From a bacterium (lineage in GTDB: Bacteria > Bacillota_I > Bacilli_A > RF39 > UBA660): a stretch of DNA of 64,000 nt. The stretch covers positions 2,462-66,461 of the forward strand of contig CAVIDW010000004.1 of NCBI GenBank assembly GCA_963641945.1, in the 5' to 3' direction. The notes beneath the pieces were generated by a model, which was given only the letters and a program-made list of their open reading frames with translations, was not told the origin of the DNA and searched no databases. The translations under genes and the position numbers were made by a program. Shown here in pieces: positions 37,959-48,038 of this stretch. How positions within the stretch are numbered: position 1 is the first letter of the stretch; every line of letters begins with the position of its first letter.

Positions 37959-38666
37959 TTAATGTAAAAATTGACTTAGAACTAAAATAATAACTCCAAT
38001 CAATAAACCAAGCCTCAACTCTTTATCTTTAAAATGTTCCTTTATTTCACATAACAATTCAAAAAATGCAATATATATAAGCATTCCCAAAGTAATAGAT
38101 ATAAGCACTCCAAGAACATTATCACTCATTGTAATATTAAAAATATTTAAAAACATCACACCAAATACACTAGATAAAGCAAGAACACATAATAATATAA
38201 TCTTCTCACGAGTATTTTTGATCAATGAAGATATTTGAATTCCAAGTGGAATATTATGAAAAGAAACTCCTAATGCCATAAATGCTCCCATAGAAATATT
38301 AGTTATAGAAGTAGCATATATTCCTGTACCCTCTACTAAATTATGCAAAAATAATGCTATAAAAGAAATAATACCAATATGTTCCATGTGATTCTTTTTA
38401 TTAGAATGATGATGATCAGGAACAAATAAATCAAATGATTTAAGTCCAATTATTCCAATTAAAATATATAATAATATTAAGCACTTATTCTGAATAGATT
38501 CAATACATTCAGGTAACAAATCAAATAATATTAAACCAATAATAATCACAAATGAAAAACCAACAGAAAAAATAGTTAACTTTTTTTCATCTTTAATAAA
38601 CTTAGTAATTAAGTACCCTACAAAGAAAGATAAACCACTCAATATAGTAATAATAAATGGAAACAT
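37959..38666 (-). CDS. ZIP-family metal (zinc) transporter
   Basis: Polytopic, with a His-rich loop (DHHHSNKKNHMEH) plus HNLVEG and HNIPLG motifs. Confidence 0.8.
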   Translation of the reverse strand: MFPFIITILSGLSFFVGYLITKFIKDEKKLTIFSVGFSFVIIIGLILFDLLPECIESIQNKCLILLYILIGIIGLKSFDLFVPDHHHSNKKNHMEHIGIISFIALFLHNLVEGTGIYATSITNISMGAFMALGVSFHNIPLGIQISSLIKNTREKIILLCVLALSSVFGVMFLNIFNITMSDNVLGVLISITLGMLIYIAFFELLCEIKEHFKDKELRLGLLIGVIILVLSQFLH

Positions 38667-38730
38667 ATTTATTCACCTCAAAATCATATAGATTATATCA
38701 TTTTTTTATAAAAAATAGTATAATAATATT

Positions 38731-39447
38731 ATGAAAAATATAGAATTATTACAAAAAATGATTGATGAGTCAAATAACATAGTTTTTTTTGGCGGAGCTG
38801 GAGTATCTACAGAAAGTGGAATAAAAGATTTTAGAAGTAAAGATGGACTTTACAATATGAAATATAAATATCTTCCAGAATTAATATTAAGCCATGCTTT
38901 CTTTTATGAAAAAACTGATGAATTTTTTAAGTTTTACAAAGATAAACTAAATTGTTTAGATAAAAAACCAAATATAGTACACAACTATTTAAGCGATTTA
39001 GAAAAGCGTGGTAAATTAAAAGCGATAGTTACACAAAATATAGATGGTTTACACACAAAAGCTGGAAACAAAACAATTTATGAATTACATGGAACAATTT
39101 ATAGAAATTATTGTATCAAATGTAGTAAATCATATGATGCAGAATATGTGTTTAAATCAAAAGGAATTCCACTATGTGAATGTGGTGGTATAATTAAACC
39201 AGCAGTTGTATTATTTGGTGAAGCACTACCAAACTTTGAATTTAATAGTTCAATAGACGCTATCAAAAAAGCAGATATGTTAATAGTGGCTGGAACATCA
39301 TTAACAGTATTCCCAGCAAATACATTAATAAATTATTTTAATGGAAAATATTTAGTAATTATCAATAAAAGTACAACCAATTTTGATAATAAAGCAAACA
39401 TAGTAATAAATGAAAATATGAAAAAAATATTTAGCGAACTGCACTAA
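38731..39447 (+). CDS. cobB: NAD-dependent protein deacylase (Sir2/CobB family)
   Basis: GAGVSTESGIKDFRS, QNIDGLH and a CxxC...CxC zinc module. 238 aa. Confidence 0.9.
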   Translation: MKNIELLQKMIDESNNIVFFGGAGVSTESGIKDFRSKDGLYNMKYKYLPELILSHAFFYEKTDEFFKFYKDKLNCLDKKPNIVHNYLSDLEKRGKLKAIVTQNIDGLHTKAGNKTIYELHGTIYRNYCIKCSKSYDAEYVFKSKGIPLCECGGIIKPAVVLFGEALPNFEFNSSIDAIKKADMLIVAGTSLTVFPANTLINYFNGKYLVIINKSTTNFDNKANIVINENMKKIFSELH

Positions 39448-39458
39448 ATATTTTTATT

Positions 39459-40145
39459 TTATATAATTTTTTTATCTTCTCTTGATTTTTGATTAACAAA
39501 TTTTATTGTAATAATATCTGCACATATAATAAACACTATAAAAGATAAAACAGCTTTGTTGCTTCCTTGCATTACTAAATAATCATATATACCATGAATT
39601 AATATTGGAGTTAATAATGCTAAAAATTTGTTTTTAAATGCACCAGGTAATTTATTTATTTCGCAATGTTTAGCAACAGATAAAAATGCTCCCATAAATA
39701 TTCCACATGTAGCATGTAAAGGTATAGCTGTAATTGCTCTAAATATGCCAATACTTACACCTCCAATATAAATATAAAGAATATTTTCAAACAATGCAAA
39801 TCCTAAGGATACAAATGTTGCATAAACTATCATATCAAATGAAGAATCAAACTCTTTATTATTATAACCAAGTTTATATAAGAATAAATATTTAAAAACT
39901 TCTTCGACAAATGCAACTCCAATAAACACATAAGTTATTCTCTCAATTACATTTAATGTATTAATATCAGCTACATCTACATAATCAAATATAAAAGAAA
40001 AAATTAATGTACAAACAGCAGCAGCCGCTCCACAACATAATAACTTTACTAATAATTTAATTGGTTCTTTTTCTGTATCTTTTTTATAAATATAAAGTCC
40101 AATTAAAAAAACTGGTAAAAATGCTATATAAAATTCTATAAACAT
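39459..40145 (-). CDS. PrsW-family intramembrane metalloprotease
   Basis: Polytopic, with EEVFKY, FALFENILY, PLHATCG and IHGIYD motifs. Confidence 0.7.
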   Translation of the reverse strand: MFIEFYIAFLPVFLIGLYIYKKDTEKEPIKLLVKLLCCGAAAAVCTLIFSFIFDYVDVADINTLNVIERITYVFIGVAFVEEVFKYLFLYKLGYNNKEFDSSFDMIVYATFVSLGFALFENILYIYIGGVSIGIFRAITAIPLHATCGIFMGAFLSVAKHCEINKLPGAFKNKFLALLTPILIHGIYDYLVMQGSNKAVLSFIVFIICADIITIKFVNQKSREDKKII

Positions 40146-40190
40146 ATAATCACCTACTATTAAAATTATAACAAATAAAAAAAGAATAAT

Positions 40191-40715
40191 CTATGAAATT
40201 ATCCCTTTTAACACACCATAAGACAATATCATCATAATTATACTTGCCATAATTATACCACCTAAAGCAGCAAAAAATGATTTTTTTCGATCCATATTTA
40301 ATAATGAAGCAATTAAACACCCTGTCCAAGCCCCAGTTCCAGGTAATGGAATACCAATAAATATTAGTAACCCAAAATATCCATACTTTTCAATTTGTCC
40401 TTTATTTTTATCAGACTTTTTATGTAACCATTTAGCAAATTTATTCATCCATTTAATTTTACTATTTTCCATCCATTCCAATATTTTATTGATAAATAAT
40501 AATATAAAAGGTACCGGCAAAACATTGCCAAGAATAGATATAATATATGCTCTAAATGGAGAAATATTCAAAAGTGAAGCAGCAAGTAATCCACCTCTTA
40601 ATTCCAATATAGGCAATAATGATATAATAAAAATAAGTACTTCTCCTCCGTACTTCATCGCAAGTAAACCACCAAATAAATCTATAATACAATTAATTAA
40701 ACTTTCCATATTCAT
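40191..40715 (-). CDS. Small membrane protein of the COG2426 / putative small multidrug export family
   Basis: 174 aa. LPILELRGGLLAA and GIPLPGTGAWTG patterns. Confidence 0.55.
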   Translation of the reverse strand: MNMESLINCIIDLFGGLLAMKYGGEVLIFIISLLPILELRGGLLAASLLNISPFRAYIISILGNVLPVPFILLFINKILEWMENSKIKWMNKFAKWLHKKSDKNKGQIEKYGYFGLLIFIGIPLPGTGAWTGCLIASLLNMDRKKSFFAALGGIIMASIIMMILSYGVLKGIIS

Positions 40716-40799
40716 CCTTTACATAAAATACACATATAATTATATCATAATAAATAACAAAAATAACTATTTGTGATAAAATATGTAAAGAGGCGAATT

Positions 40800-41516
40800 A
40801 TGAGAAACAAAATTGGAATATTTGATTCAGGTATAGGAGGTCTTACTACTTTAGAAGAAATAAGAAAACTTTTACCAAATGAAAATTATATATATTATGC
40901 TGACTCAAAACATAACCCATATGGTGAAAAAAGTGATGAAGAATTATATAAAATAGTAAAAAACATTGTTAATAAATTGTTAGAAAAGAAAGTAAAAATA
41001 ATTGTTATAGCATGCAATACAGCAACTACTAGATGTATTGAAAAATTAAGAAATGATTATCCTAAAGTATTATTTGTCGGAACAGAACCAGCAATAAAAG
41101 TTGCATGTGATAATGGATACAATAATACTATTGTTATGGCTACACCTGGTACAATAGCATCAGAAAGAATTCATGATTTAATATCAAAAAATCAAAGAAA
41201 AAATCAAAACATATATCTTCTTTCATGTGAAGGATTAGCTAACTCAATAGAAACAAATGATTTAAAAAGAGTAAGTAAATTATTACATGAATATTTAGAC
41301 GAATACAAAGATAAAAATGTTGATTCTGTAGTACTTGGCTGTACACATTATCCACACATAAAAAAGAAAATTTTAAATATCCTACCTAACGTTAAATTAA
41401 TAGATGGAAATATTGGAGTAGCAAACAGAGTAAAATATTTATTAGAAAAAAATAAACTAATAAATAAAAGTAAAAAAACAGGTACACTAGAAATAATAAA
41501 TAGTAATAATGAATAA
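40800..41516 (+). CDS. murI: Glutamate racemase
   Basis: IGIFDSGIGGLT, ACNTAT and GCTHYP motifs. The ATG at 40800 follows the RBS agagg. Confidence 0.9.
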   Translation: MRNKIGIFDSGIGGLTTLEEIRKLLPNENYIYYADSKHNPYGEKSDEELYKIVKNIVNKLLEKKVKIIVIACNTATTRCIEKLRNDYPKVLFVGTEPAIKVACDNGYNNTIVMATPGTIASERIHDLISKNQRKNQNIYLLSCEGLANSIETNDLKRVSKLLHEYLDEYKDKNVDSVVLGCTHYPHIKKKILNILPNVKLIDGNIGVANRVKYLLEKNKLINKSKKTGTLEIINSNNE

Positions 41517-41546
41517 AAAGGAGTTAGATATCTAACTCCTTTAGTT
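41516..41546. terminator. Bidirectional intrinsic terminator between murI and ddl
   Basis: aaaaaggagttaga-ta-tctaactcctttag palindrome. Confidence 0.7.
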
Positions 41547-42734
41547 TTTAAGCCCTTTTAAACTTTTACATCCTTTAGATCCATTAAATCCTTCTAATAT
41601 ATTTGAATCAAATGATCTTACTTTTTTACTTTTATGTTTATATTCTTTAATAGCTATTTGAATCATTTCATCTAATAAATCACTATATTTCATACCTGCT
41701 TCTTTCCATAAATAGAATGATAAACTTCCTGGTATTGTATTAGGTTCATTAACATAAAATTTTTGAGTTTTAGAATCTATTAAATAATCAATTCTACAAA
41801 CGCCACTAAAATTCATAATTCTAAATACTTTTTTAGAACATTCTTGTATTTCATTAGTTAATTTATCACTAATTCTAGCTGGAATAATTCTACTTGTTGA
41901 AGCCATACCCTTACTAGCAGAACCAGTTTTTTTAGCATTTCCTAAATATTTATCAGCATAACTTAATATTTCATCTTCGCCCATTACTTCTTCAATTGGA
42001 CTAACCTTTTGATATTCATAACTTCCAAGAACACTATCATTTACTTCAACTAAATTTTCAACAGCTTTTTCAACCACTACTTTAGTATCATAACTAATTG
42101 CTGTTTCAAGAGCTTCTTCAATATCCTTTTCACTTTTAACATAAGTTATACCTACACTACTTCCTAAAGTTGCAGGCTTAACAACAACTGGATATCCAAC
42201 TTTTTTAATATTTTTTAATATATTATCTTTATCTTCAGTATATTCGTTATCAAAAAACCAAGTATAGTCAACCACTGGAATATCATTAGAAGCCATAATT
42301 TGTTTCATAGCAACCTTATCTTGACCCAAAGCAGCACCTAAAACATGAGAACCAACATATGGAACACCAACAGTATCTAAGTATCCAGCTAAAGTTCCAT
42401 CTTCAACATTATTACCATGTACAACAGGAAGAATTACATCAATATCAGTAATATCTTTTCTGAATAATCCAGTAGTGCATTGTAATAAATAAGAATTTTC
42501 TTTCTTATATAAAGTTACCTTTTTAGCATATTTTTTAACATTGTTAAAGTCTTTAAAAGTTTCAATATCTAATAAAATATGTCCAGTATACCAAGTTCTA
42601 TCTTTTGAAATATAAATTGGTATTATTTCATATTTACTTTCATCTAAATTTTTAATTGCTTGTAAAGCAGAAATTATACTAACCTCATGCTCTACAGTTT
42701 CTCCTCCAAATATAACTCCAACTTTTATTTTCAT
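41541..42734 (-). CDS. ddl: D-alanine--D-alanine ligase (ATP-grasp)
   Basis: N-terminal KVGVIFGGETVEHEVSIISA and ATP-grasp core motifs. 397 aa, with a basic C-terminal extension. Confidence 0.85.
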   Translation of the reverse strand: MKIKVGVIFGGETVEHEVSIISALQAIKNLDESKYEIIPIYISKDRTWYTGHILLDIETFKDFNNVKKYAKKVTLYKKENSYLLQCTTGLFRKDITDIDVILPVVHGNNVEDGTLAGYLDTVGVPYVGSHVLGAALGQDKVAMKQIMASNDIPVVDYTWFFDNEYTEDKDNILKNIKKVGYPVVVKPATLGSSVGITYVKSEKDIEEALETAISYDTKVVVEKAVENLVEVNDSVLGSYEYQKVSPIEEVMGEDEILSYADKYLGNAKKTGSASKGMASTSRIIPARISDKLTNEIQECSKKVFRIMNFSGVCRIDYLIDSKTQKFYVNEPNTIPGSLSFYLWKEAGMKYSDLLDEMIQIAIKEYKHKSKKVRSFDSNILEGFNGSKGCKSLKGLKN

Positions 42735-42749
42735 AAATTACTCCATCTC

Positions 42750-44336
42750 CTACTCATTAAATATATCTGGTAAATCATTTTCTAACAATACATATGTTCT
42801 ATTATCACTTAATTTTCTCATTAAAGGAAAAGCTTCCTTTACATCATTTAATATATGTATTTTCTTTAAATCATATTTTTCTTTTTTTAATCCTTCTAAT
42901 ATAGGTCTAGTTTGCATCTCACCTACTAAAATAACTTCATCACAAACTTTAGCAATTTGACGTCCAAATTCCATATTTAAATTATGTTGTTCTTCTCCTA
43001 ATTCAATCATACCAGGAGTAACAATAATTTTCTTTCCATCCATCATCCCAAGAACATCAAGTGCCATTTTAGAACCAACTGGATTAGAATTATAAGCATC
43101 ATCTATTATATCAATATTTCCATATTTTCTTAATTGTAATCTATGTTCAACAGTTTCTATCCTTTTAACACCTATTTGAATTTGTTCTAAATTCATTCCT
43201 AAATTATATGCCATAGCTATAGCTTGTAAAACATTATATACATTAGCACTTCCAAGTAACTTAGTTTCAAATTCACACTTTTTCTTTTTATCTTTAAAAG
43301 TACAAGTAAATTTAGTTCCTCTATTTGATAAACTTATATCACTAGCACATACATCAGCATTTTTATTACCTATTGACACCCAAACAACTTTACATTTACT
43401 TTTAATTTTATAATTTCCTTGGTATTCATCATCCATATTTAAAACAGCAATTCCTGTTTCGGGTAAAGAATCAATTAATTCGAATTTAGCTTTTTGAATA
43501 TTTTCTCTACTTCCAAAACTTTCTAAATGTGCAGTTCCGATTGTAGTTAAAATACCATATTGAGGTCTAATAAAATCACATTTTTGTTTTATTTCTCCTC
43601 TTTTAAATGCTCCCATTTCAGCAATAAATACATCACTAAACTTATCTAATTTATTATTAACAGATATCATTAAACCATTCATAGTATTAAAACTCTTTTC
43701 AGTAGCAAAAGAATTAAATTTAACATTCAAAATATCATTTAAAGCATTCTTAGTACTAGTTTTACCATAACTACCAGTAATACCTATTCTTTTTAAATTA
43801 GTCATACTATTAAGTTTATTTTTAGCAAGTCTTTTATAATGATTAAATACCATCTTTTCAATAGGTCTATTAATCACATTAGCAATCAACACAACAAATA
43901 CATTTAAAAACATTAAAAGTCCTGCATAAGTACAATATAAATATAAAGGATATTTATCAAAACATATAAACATAGGAACAATAGCAATAAGATATAATAT
44001 TAGCATAGTTACATATAATCTTTTAATTCTAGCAGTTATAACCAAAGGTTTTTTAGATTGTTCCATTTTAACTTTTTTACTTCTAATAATATAAGCAATT
44101 ATATAAAATAATGAAAATACAATTAATAATGTAGTATCATTATTTTTTATAGTTGCAAAAACAATAAATAAAGCATCAAATATAAAAAATGTTTTTAATA
44201 GATTATCCATTATCCATTTAAAATATCTATTTCCATCATTATACCAGTTTTGTTGTAGCATATGCATAGCTTTTCTTGACTTAAACATCAAATAATAAAA
44301 ATATGGAATTAACGCAAGTAAGAAATACCATTTCAT
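42750..44336 (-). CDS. murF: MurF-type Mur ligase (UDP-MurNAc-tripeptide--D-Ala-D-Ala ligase) with an N-terminal polytopic membrane region
   Basis: GITGSYGKTSTK P-loop, and IIDDAYNSNPVGSKMALDVL and PGMIELGEE as in MurF. The first ~160 aa are 4-5 hydrophobic helices rather than the usual soluble N-domain. Confidence 0.75.
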   Translation of the reverse strand: MKWYFLLALIPYFYYLMFKSRKAMHMLQQNWYNDGNRYFKWIMDNLLKTFFIFDALFIVFATIKNNDTTLLIVFSLFYIIAYIIRSKKVKMEQSKKPLVITARIKRLYVTMLILYLIAIVPMFICFDKYPLYLYCTYAGLLMFLNVFVVLIANVINRPIEKMVFNHYKRLAKNKLNSMTNLKRIGITGSYGKTSTKNALNDILNVKFNSFATEKSFNTMNGLMISVNNKLDKFSDVFIAEMGAFKRGEIKQKCDFIRPQYGILTTIGTAHLESFGSRENIQKAKFELIDSLPETGIAVLNMDDEYQGNYKIKSKCKVVWVSIGNKNADVCASDISLSNRGTKFTCTFKDKKKKCEFETKLLGSANVYNVLQAIAMAYNLGMNLEQIQIGVKRIETVEHRLQLRKYGNIDIIDDAYNSNPVGSKMALDVLGMMDGKKIIVTPGMIELGEEQHNLNMEFGRQIAKVCDEVILVGEMQTRPILEGLKKEKYDLKKIHILNDVKEAFPLMRKLSDNRTYVLLENDLPDIFNE

Positions 44337-45076
44337 TTATCTTCACCACCTATAAAATTTTTAAGTACGCTTTTAGTTTGCTCAAGTCTTTCTAAATAAG
44401 CATAATGAGTACAACCTTCATATGTAACTAATCCACAATTATCTATCATTTTTTCTAAAGCTAATGCATCATTATAGCTAACAGCTGCATCATTAGTTCC
44501 CCATATTAACAATGTAGGACACTTTATATCTTTAAGTTTATCAGTTAAATCATAATTAACATGTTTAACTAATATTTTTCTCATCATTTCACTAGCATTT
44601 CTATAATCAGTAGAACCAACATATTTTTTAACAGTATTTTCTAGTTTATTCAAACAAGGAATCTTCTTTAATACTTTAAATATTTTTTGTTTAGTAGTTA
44701 ACTTTTTATTTTCTACTCTATACGGACTAGCTAATAATACTAATTTTTTTGTTTTATATTTAGTAGCGAAACTCAATGAAATCTTTCCACCAAAAGAATG
44801 ACCAATCAATATAGGATTATTCATCTTCAATTCTTTAGTTAATTCATAAACCATATCAGAATAATCTTCAATAGACCATACTTCATTAGGTTCAGCACTA
44901 TCCCCAAAACCAGGTAAATCTATTATAAGTACATTATATTTCTTAATAAAAGGTTTAGCTATAGGCATCATCATTTGTATATTTTGACCCCACCCATGTA
45001 AATAAACTAAATTTGTTTTAGACTCATTATCATAAAATTCATAGTTAATATTAACTCCCTTAATATTTTTTCTCAT
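44333..45076 (-). CDS. Alpha/beta hydrolase
   Basis: HGWG and the nucleophile elbow GHSFGG. The start at MRKNIKG follows the RBS gggaga. Its stop overlaps the murF start (ATGA). Confidence 0.8.
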   Translation of the reverse strand: MRKNIKGVNINYEFYDNESKTNLVYLHGWGQNIQMMMPIAKPFIKKYNVLIIDLPGFGDSAEPNEVWSIEDYSDMVYELTKELKMNNPILIGHSFGGKISLSFATKYKTKKLVLLASPYRVENKKLTTKQKIFKVLKKIPCLNKLENTVKKYVGSTDYRNASEMMRKILVKHVNYDLTDKLKDIKCPTLLIWGTNDAAVSYNDALALEKMIDNCGLVTYEGCTHYAYLERLEQTKSVLKNFIGGEDK

Positions 45077-45169
45077 AATAAAATCTCCCAATATAAGTAT
45101 ATCATAAAAAGAAAATCTTAGAACCATAAGTACACTTTATTGACAAGAAAAAAGTATACAAAACGTATA

Positions 45170-45958
45170 CTAAATTCTAGCATTCATCAAATTACTTGAA
45201 GAATATCTTCTAAGTCCTCTATTAAATATTATATATGAAGAGCTTATAAATAATATACAAACAGCAACTAATATAATAAAGTACATCAAATTAAACTCTC
45301 TTAATACACTAACAGGTAAAAAATTAACTATTCCAACTGGTAAAATACTATAAAGAATAATATTTATTCCGCCTTTAAATATATCTCCAGGATAAGTAGA
45401 AAACATTATCATAGAACTATTCATATTATCAGCAATCATATCAGCTCTTACAATCCAAAAACTAAGTGAAGAAAATATAATAGCTATACTTGTTAATATT
45501 AATCCACCAGTAATACAAAATAAAGTATACAATGGTAAAACTCTAACATCATACAAAATAACCATAACAAGTGCAAATATTAAGCCACCTATCGCAGAAG
45601 CTTTAATATCAGATGTAATAACTGACAATAATACATTCTTAGGTTGTACTAAAAAAGTATCTAAAGATCCTTCAGTAATAATTTCACTTAAACTATAAGT
45701 TTTTTCAAAAAAGAAATGAGATACACCATATGTTCCAGATGCAATTCCCCACAATAAGAATATTTCTTTCATAGCAAAACTTCCAATACTACCTTTAATA
45801 GATAAAAGAACAACCCATTGTACCAAAAAACTAGCATTATTAAGTATCATAAAAAATACATTAGATAAAAATGATACTTTATTTAACATTTCTCTTTCTA
45901 AAGCATATTTAATACTAAGTAAACATACTCTAATTTGATTTTTAACCTCCATTAACAT
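45170..45958 (-). CDS. ABC-2 family transporter permease
   Basis: 262 aa with six hydrophobic segments. It lies downstream of the ABC ATPase and a sister permease. Confidence 0.7.
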   Translation of the reverse strand: MLMEVKNQIRVCLLSIKYALEREMLNKVSFLSNVFFMILNNASFLVQWVVLLSIKGSIGSFAMKEIFLLWGIASGTYGVSHFFFEKTYSLSEIITEGSLDTFLVQPKNVLLSVITSDIKASAIGGLIFALVMVILYDVRVLPLYTLFCITGGLILTSIAIIFSSLSFWIVRADMIADNMNSSMIMFSTYPGDIFKGGINIILYSILPVGIVNFLPVSVLREFNLMYFIILVAVCILFISSSYIIFNRGLRRYSSSNLMNARI

Positions 45959-46732
45959 TTAATTTCTTCACCCCTTTCTTGTAAATAATTTTACATATTA
46001 AACTGCAAACAACAATGTAAATAATTTGTGCAATAAAAATTTTCAAAAACATATTATAACTAAAATCAACAAATAATTTAGCTGGACCATAAGAAACTAC
46101 ATAAATAGGACTATAAGACAATATTCCTCTTAATTTAATTGGAAAATATTCAATAGGAAATATAGTTCCAATTACAATTATAACTTTACTATATAACCAA
46201 TAAAATGGCATAGCATCTTCAACTTTAAAACTAAAAAGTCCTATCATCAATATAAACAAAATGTTAATCAAAATAGCAAAAATACAACTAATTATTAAAA
46301 GTATAATATTAATAATATTTAATGATGGAATATGTCTACAAATAAAATACCAATTATTAATGATGAAACAACATATATAAGTGCTGATATAGTCACATTA
46401 CCCAAATGATTAGATATAACATATCCAATATAACTATATGGTTTATTTATATTATAAGCAATATTACCACTTTTAACATCAATACATATCTTCTTACATA
46501 ATTTTCTACCACTAAGTATATTCCATAAAATTTCAGTAACTATAACATACCAAATCATTTGTTCTACAGAGTAACCATTAATAATTTCAGAAGAATCACT
46601 ATAAATATATTTCCATAAAGATATTAAGATATAAACTATAATATATGAACTTAAACATCTAACAAGTATATTAGTCATATATTGTAAATTACTTTGAAGT
46701 TCTGACTTAAATATATAAAAATATTTTTTCAT
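45942..46732 (-). pseudogene. ABC-2 family transporter permease split by a single frameshift
   Basis: The N-terminal piece (46319-46732) and the C-terminal piece (45942-46271, whose frame stays open past 46330) together equal one ~260-aa permease. Confidence 0.6.
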
Positions 46733-46733
46733 C

Positions 46734-47711
46734 TTACTTACCTTTTTTATAAATAGAACTAATTATTTCTTCTAAAGGAACATTAGAAATATTTATATCT
46801 ATAATATTATCTGGATTTAATAATTTAATAATATCAGTAACACTTCTTTTAGTAATATCTACTTCTACTTTTAAATTATATCCTTTATCCTTAAGTACAT
46901 TTATTCCTTCTTCATCATTAAAAGATACTCTTTCTTTCATCTTAACTTCAACTATTTTTTTATTTAAATAATGATATTTTAAATTCTCCATTGAATCATC
47001 AAGTACAACTTGTCCATTATTAATAATAATAACTCTTTTGCACAATTTCTCTATATCAGAAACATCATGACTAGTTAAAAATATAGTAGTTTTATATTCT
47101 TTATTCATTCGTTTTATAAGAGAACGAATATTTTCTTTAACAACTGGATCTAATCCAATAGTTGGTTCATCTAAAAATAATACTTTTGGTTCATGTATTA
47201 AAGATGCAACTATTTCACATCTTATTCTTTGTCCTAAACTTAAGTTTCTAACTGGAGTATTTATAAAATCATTTAATTCAAATAACATAATTAATTCATT
47301 GATTTTCTTTTCAACTACACTATTTGGTATATCATAAATAGCTGCAAAGAAATTAAAATTATCATATGGTGTTAAATGAGTCCATAATTGTTCCTTTTGT
47401 CCAAATACAGTACCTATTTCATAAGCAAGTTTTTTTCTTTCTTTAACAGGATCAATTCCCATTACTTTAATACTTCCAGAATCAGGATATAAAATACCAG
47501 TAAGCATTTTAATAGTTGTACTCTTTCCTGCTCCATTAGGTCCAATGAATGCTATAATCTCGCCTTTTTCAATATTTAAATTAATATTTTTAACAGCATG
47601 AACAATTTTATATTTAGGTTTAAACATAGATTTAATACTACCCTTAAAACCTTTTTCTTTAGTTTTTACTTTAAAATCTTTTGATAACTTTTTAACTTCT
47701 ATTATTGACAT
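46734..47711 (-). CDS. ABC transporter ATP-binding protein
   Basis: GPNGAGKSTTIK, LSLGQRIR and LFLDEPTIGLD. 325 aa. RBS aaaggagg. Confidence 0.9.
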   Translation of the reverse strand: MSIIEVKKLSKDFKVKTKEKGFKGSIKSMFKPKYKIVHAVKNINLNIEKGEIIAFIGPNGAGKSTTIKMLTGILYPDSGSIKVMGIDPVKERKKLAYEIGTVFGQKEQLWTHLTPYDNFNFFAAIYDIPNSVVEKKINELIMLFELNDFINTPVRNLSLGQRIRCEIVASLIHEPKVLFLDEPTIGLDPVVKENIRSLIKRMNKEYKTTIFLTSHDVSDIEKLCKRVIIINNGQVVLDDSMENLKYHYLNKKIVEVKMKERVSFNDEEGINVLKDKGYNLKVEVDITKRSVTDIIKLLNPDNIIDINISNVPLEEIISSIYKKGK

Positions 47712-47730
47712 ATAAATTCCTCCTTTCTAA

Positions 47731-47770
47731 TAAAAAACGTATACTTAAAATCCGAATATAAGTATACGTC
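47731..47770 (-). terminator. Hairpin plus U-run immediately upstream of the ABC ATPase RBS (attenuator-like)
   Basis: acgtatactta-N11-taagtatacgt forms an 11-bp perfect stem, followed on the minus strand by TTTTT. Confidence 0.6.
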
Positions 47771-47795
47771 AAAGTAACAAATATTCATTCATATT

Positions 47796-47864
47796 TTAAG
47801 ATTTCTTAGCTATTAATAACATGACAAGAATGCTTACGCATTCAACATATAAATCTTTTAACAT
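47796..47864 (-). CDS. Small hydrophobic ORF (22 aa) in the ABC operon leader
   Basis: MLKDLYVECVSILVMLLIAKKS. The strong RBS aaaggaga lies 6 nt upstream of its ATG. It is too short for any homology statement. Confidence 0.3.
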   Translation of the reverse strand: MLKDLYVECVSILVMLLIAKKS

Positions 47865-47906
47865 AAACATTCTCCTTTCATATTTGTTGAATCTATTAAA
47901 AAGACG

Positions 47907-47944
47907 AAAAAAGCACAGAGTCAACTTATTAGTGACTCCGTGCT
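47907..47944 (-). terminator. Strong intrinsic terminator within the leader
   Basis: On the minus strand: agcacggagtc-N11-gactctgtgct (11-bp stem with one G-U pair) followed by UUUUUU. Confidence 0.75.
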
Positions 47945-48009
47945 TAAATGACGTGTAGGTTTATCCCGAGATAGCTCGACTATTCTTATATCTCCTCACT
48001 TGCCTAAAA

Positions 48010-48037
48010 ATTATACACTATTTTTTTATTTTGTCAA
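48010..48037 (-). promoter_or_regulatory. SigA-type promoter upstream of the structured leader
   Basis: On the minus strand: TTGACA (48037-48032), a 16-nt spacer, then TATAAT (48015-48010) preceded by a TG-containing gtg. Confidence 0.6.
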
Positions 48038-48038
48038 T

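Noticed and set aside
38731-39447. Sir2-domain protein as a possible anti-phage defence gene
   Set aside because: It has the compact CobB-type deacylase layout with a zinc module and no fused effector or sensor domain. It is monocistronic among housekeeping genes.
45148-45166. Inverted repeat agtatac-N5-gtatact, sharing GTATAC with the hairpin at 47737-47769, as a common operator
   Set aside because: GTATAC is self-complementary and expected often in AT-rich DNA. The first site reads more simply as a weak terminator after the permease gene, and the second as an attenuator stem.
47796-47864. 22-aa hydrophobic peptide as a type I toxin (Fst-like MLKDL... start)
   Set aside because: There is no visible antisense RNA promoter or repeat structure. 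Its position between two attenuator-like hairpins fits a leader function better. The evidence is insufficient either way.
47946-48003. Possible fluoride (crcB-motif) riboswitch in the ABC operon leader, because of ggcaagtgagg...cctac
   Set aside because: The conserved GGCGAUG...CGCC P1 helix and the GAUG.CUCUAC 3' segment are absent, and the downstream genes are not crcB/eriC-type. It is kept only as an unclassified structured leader.
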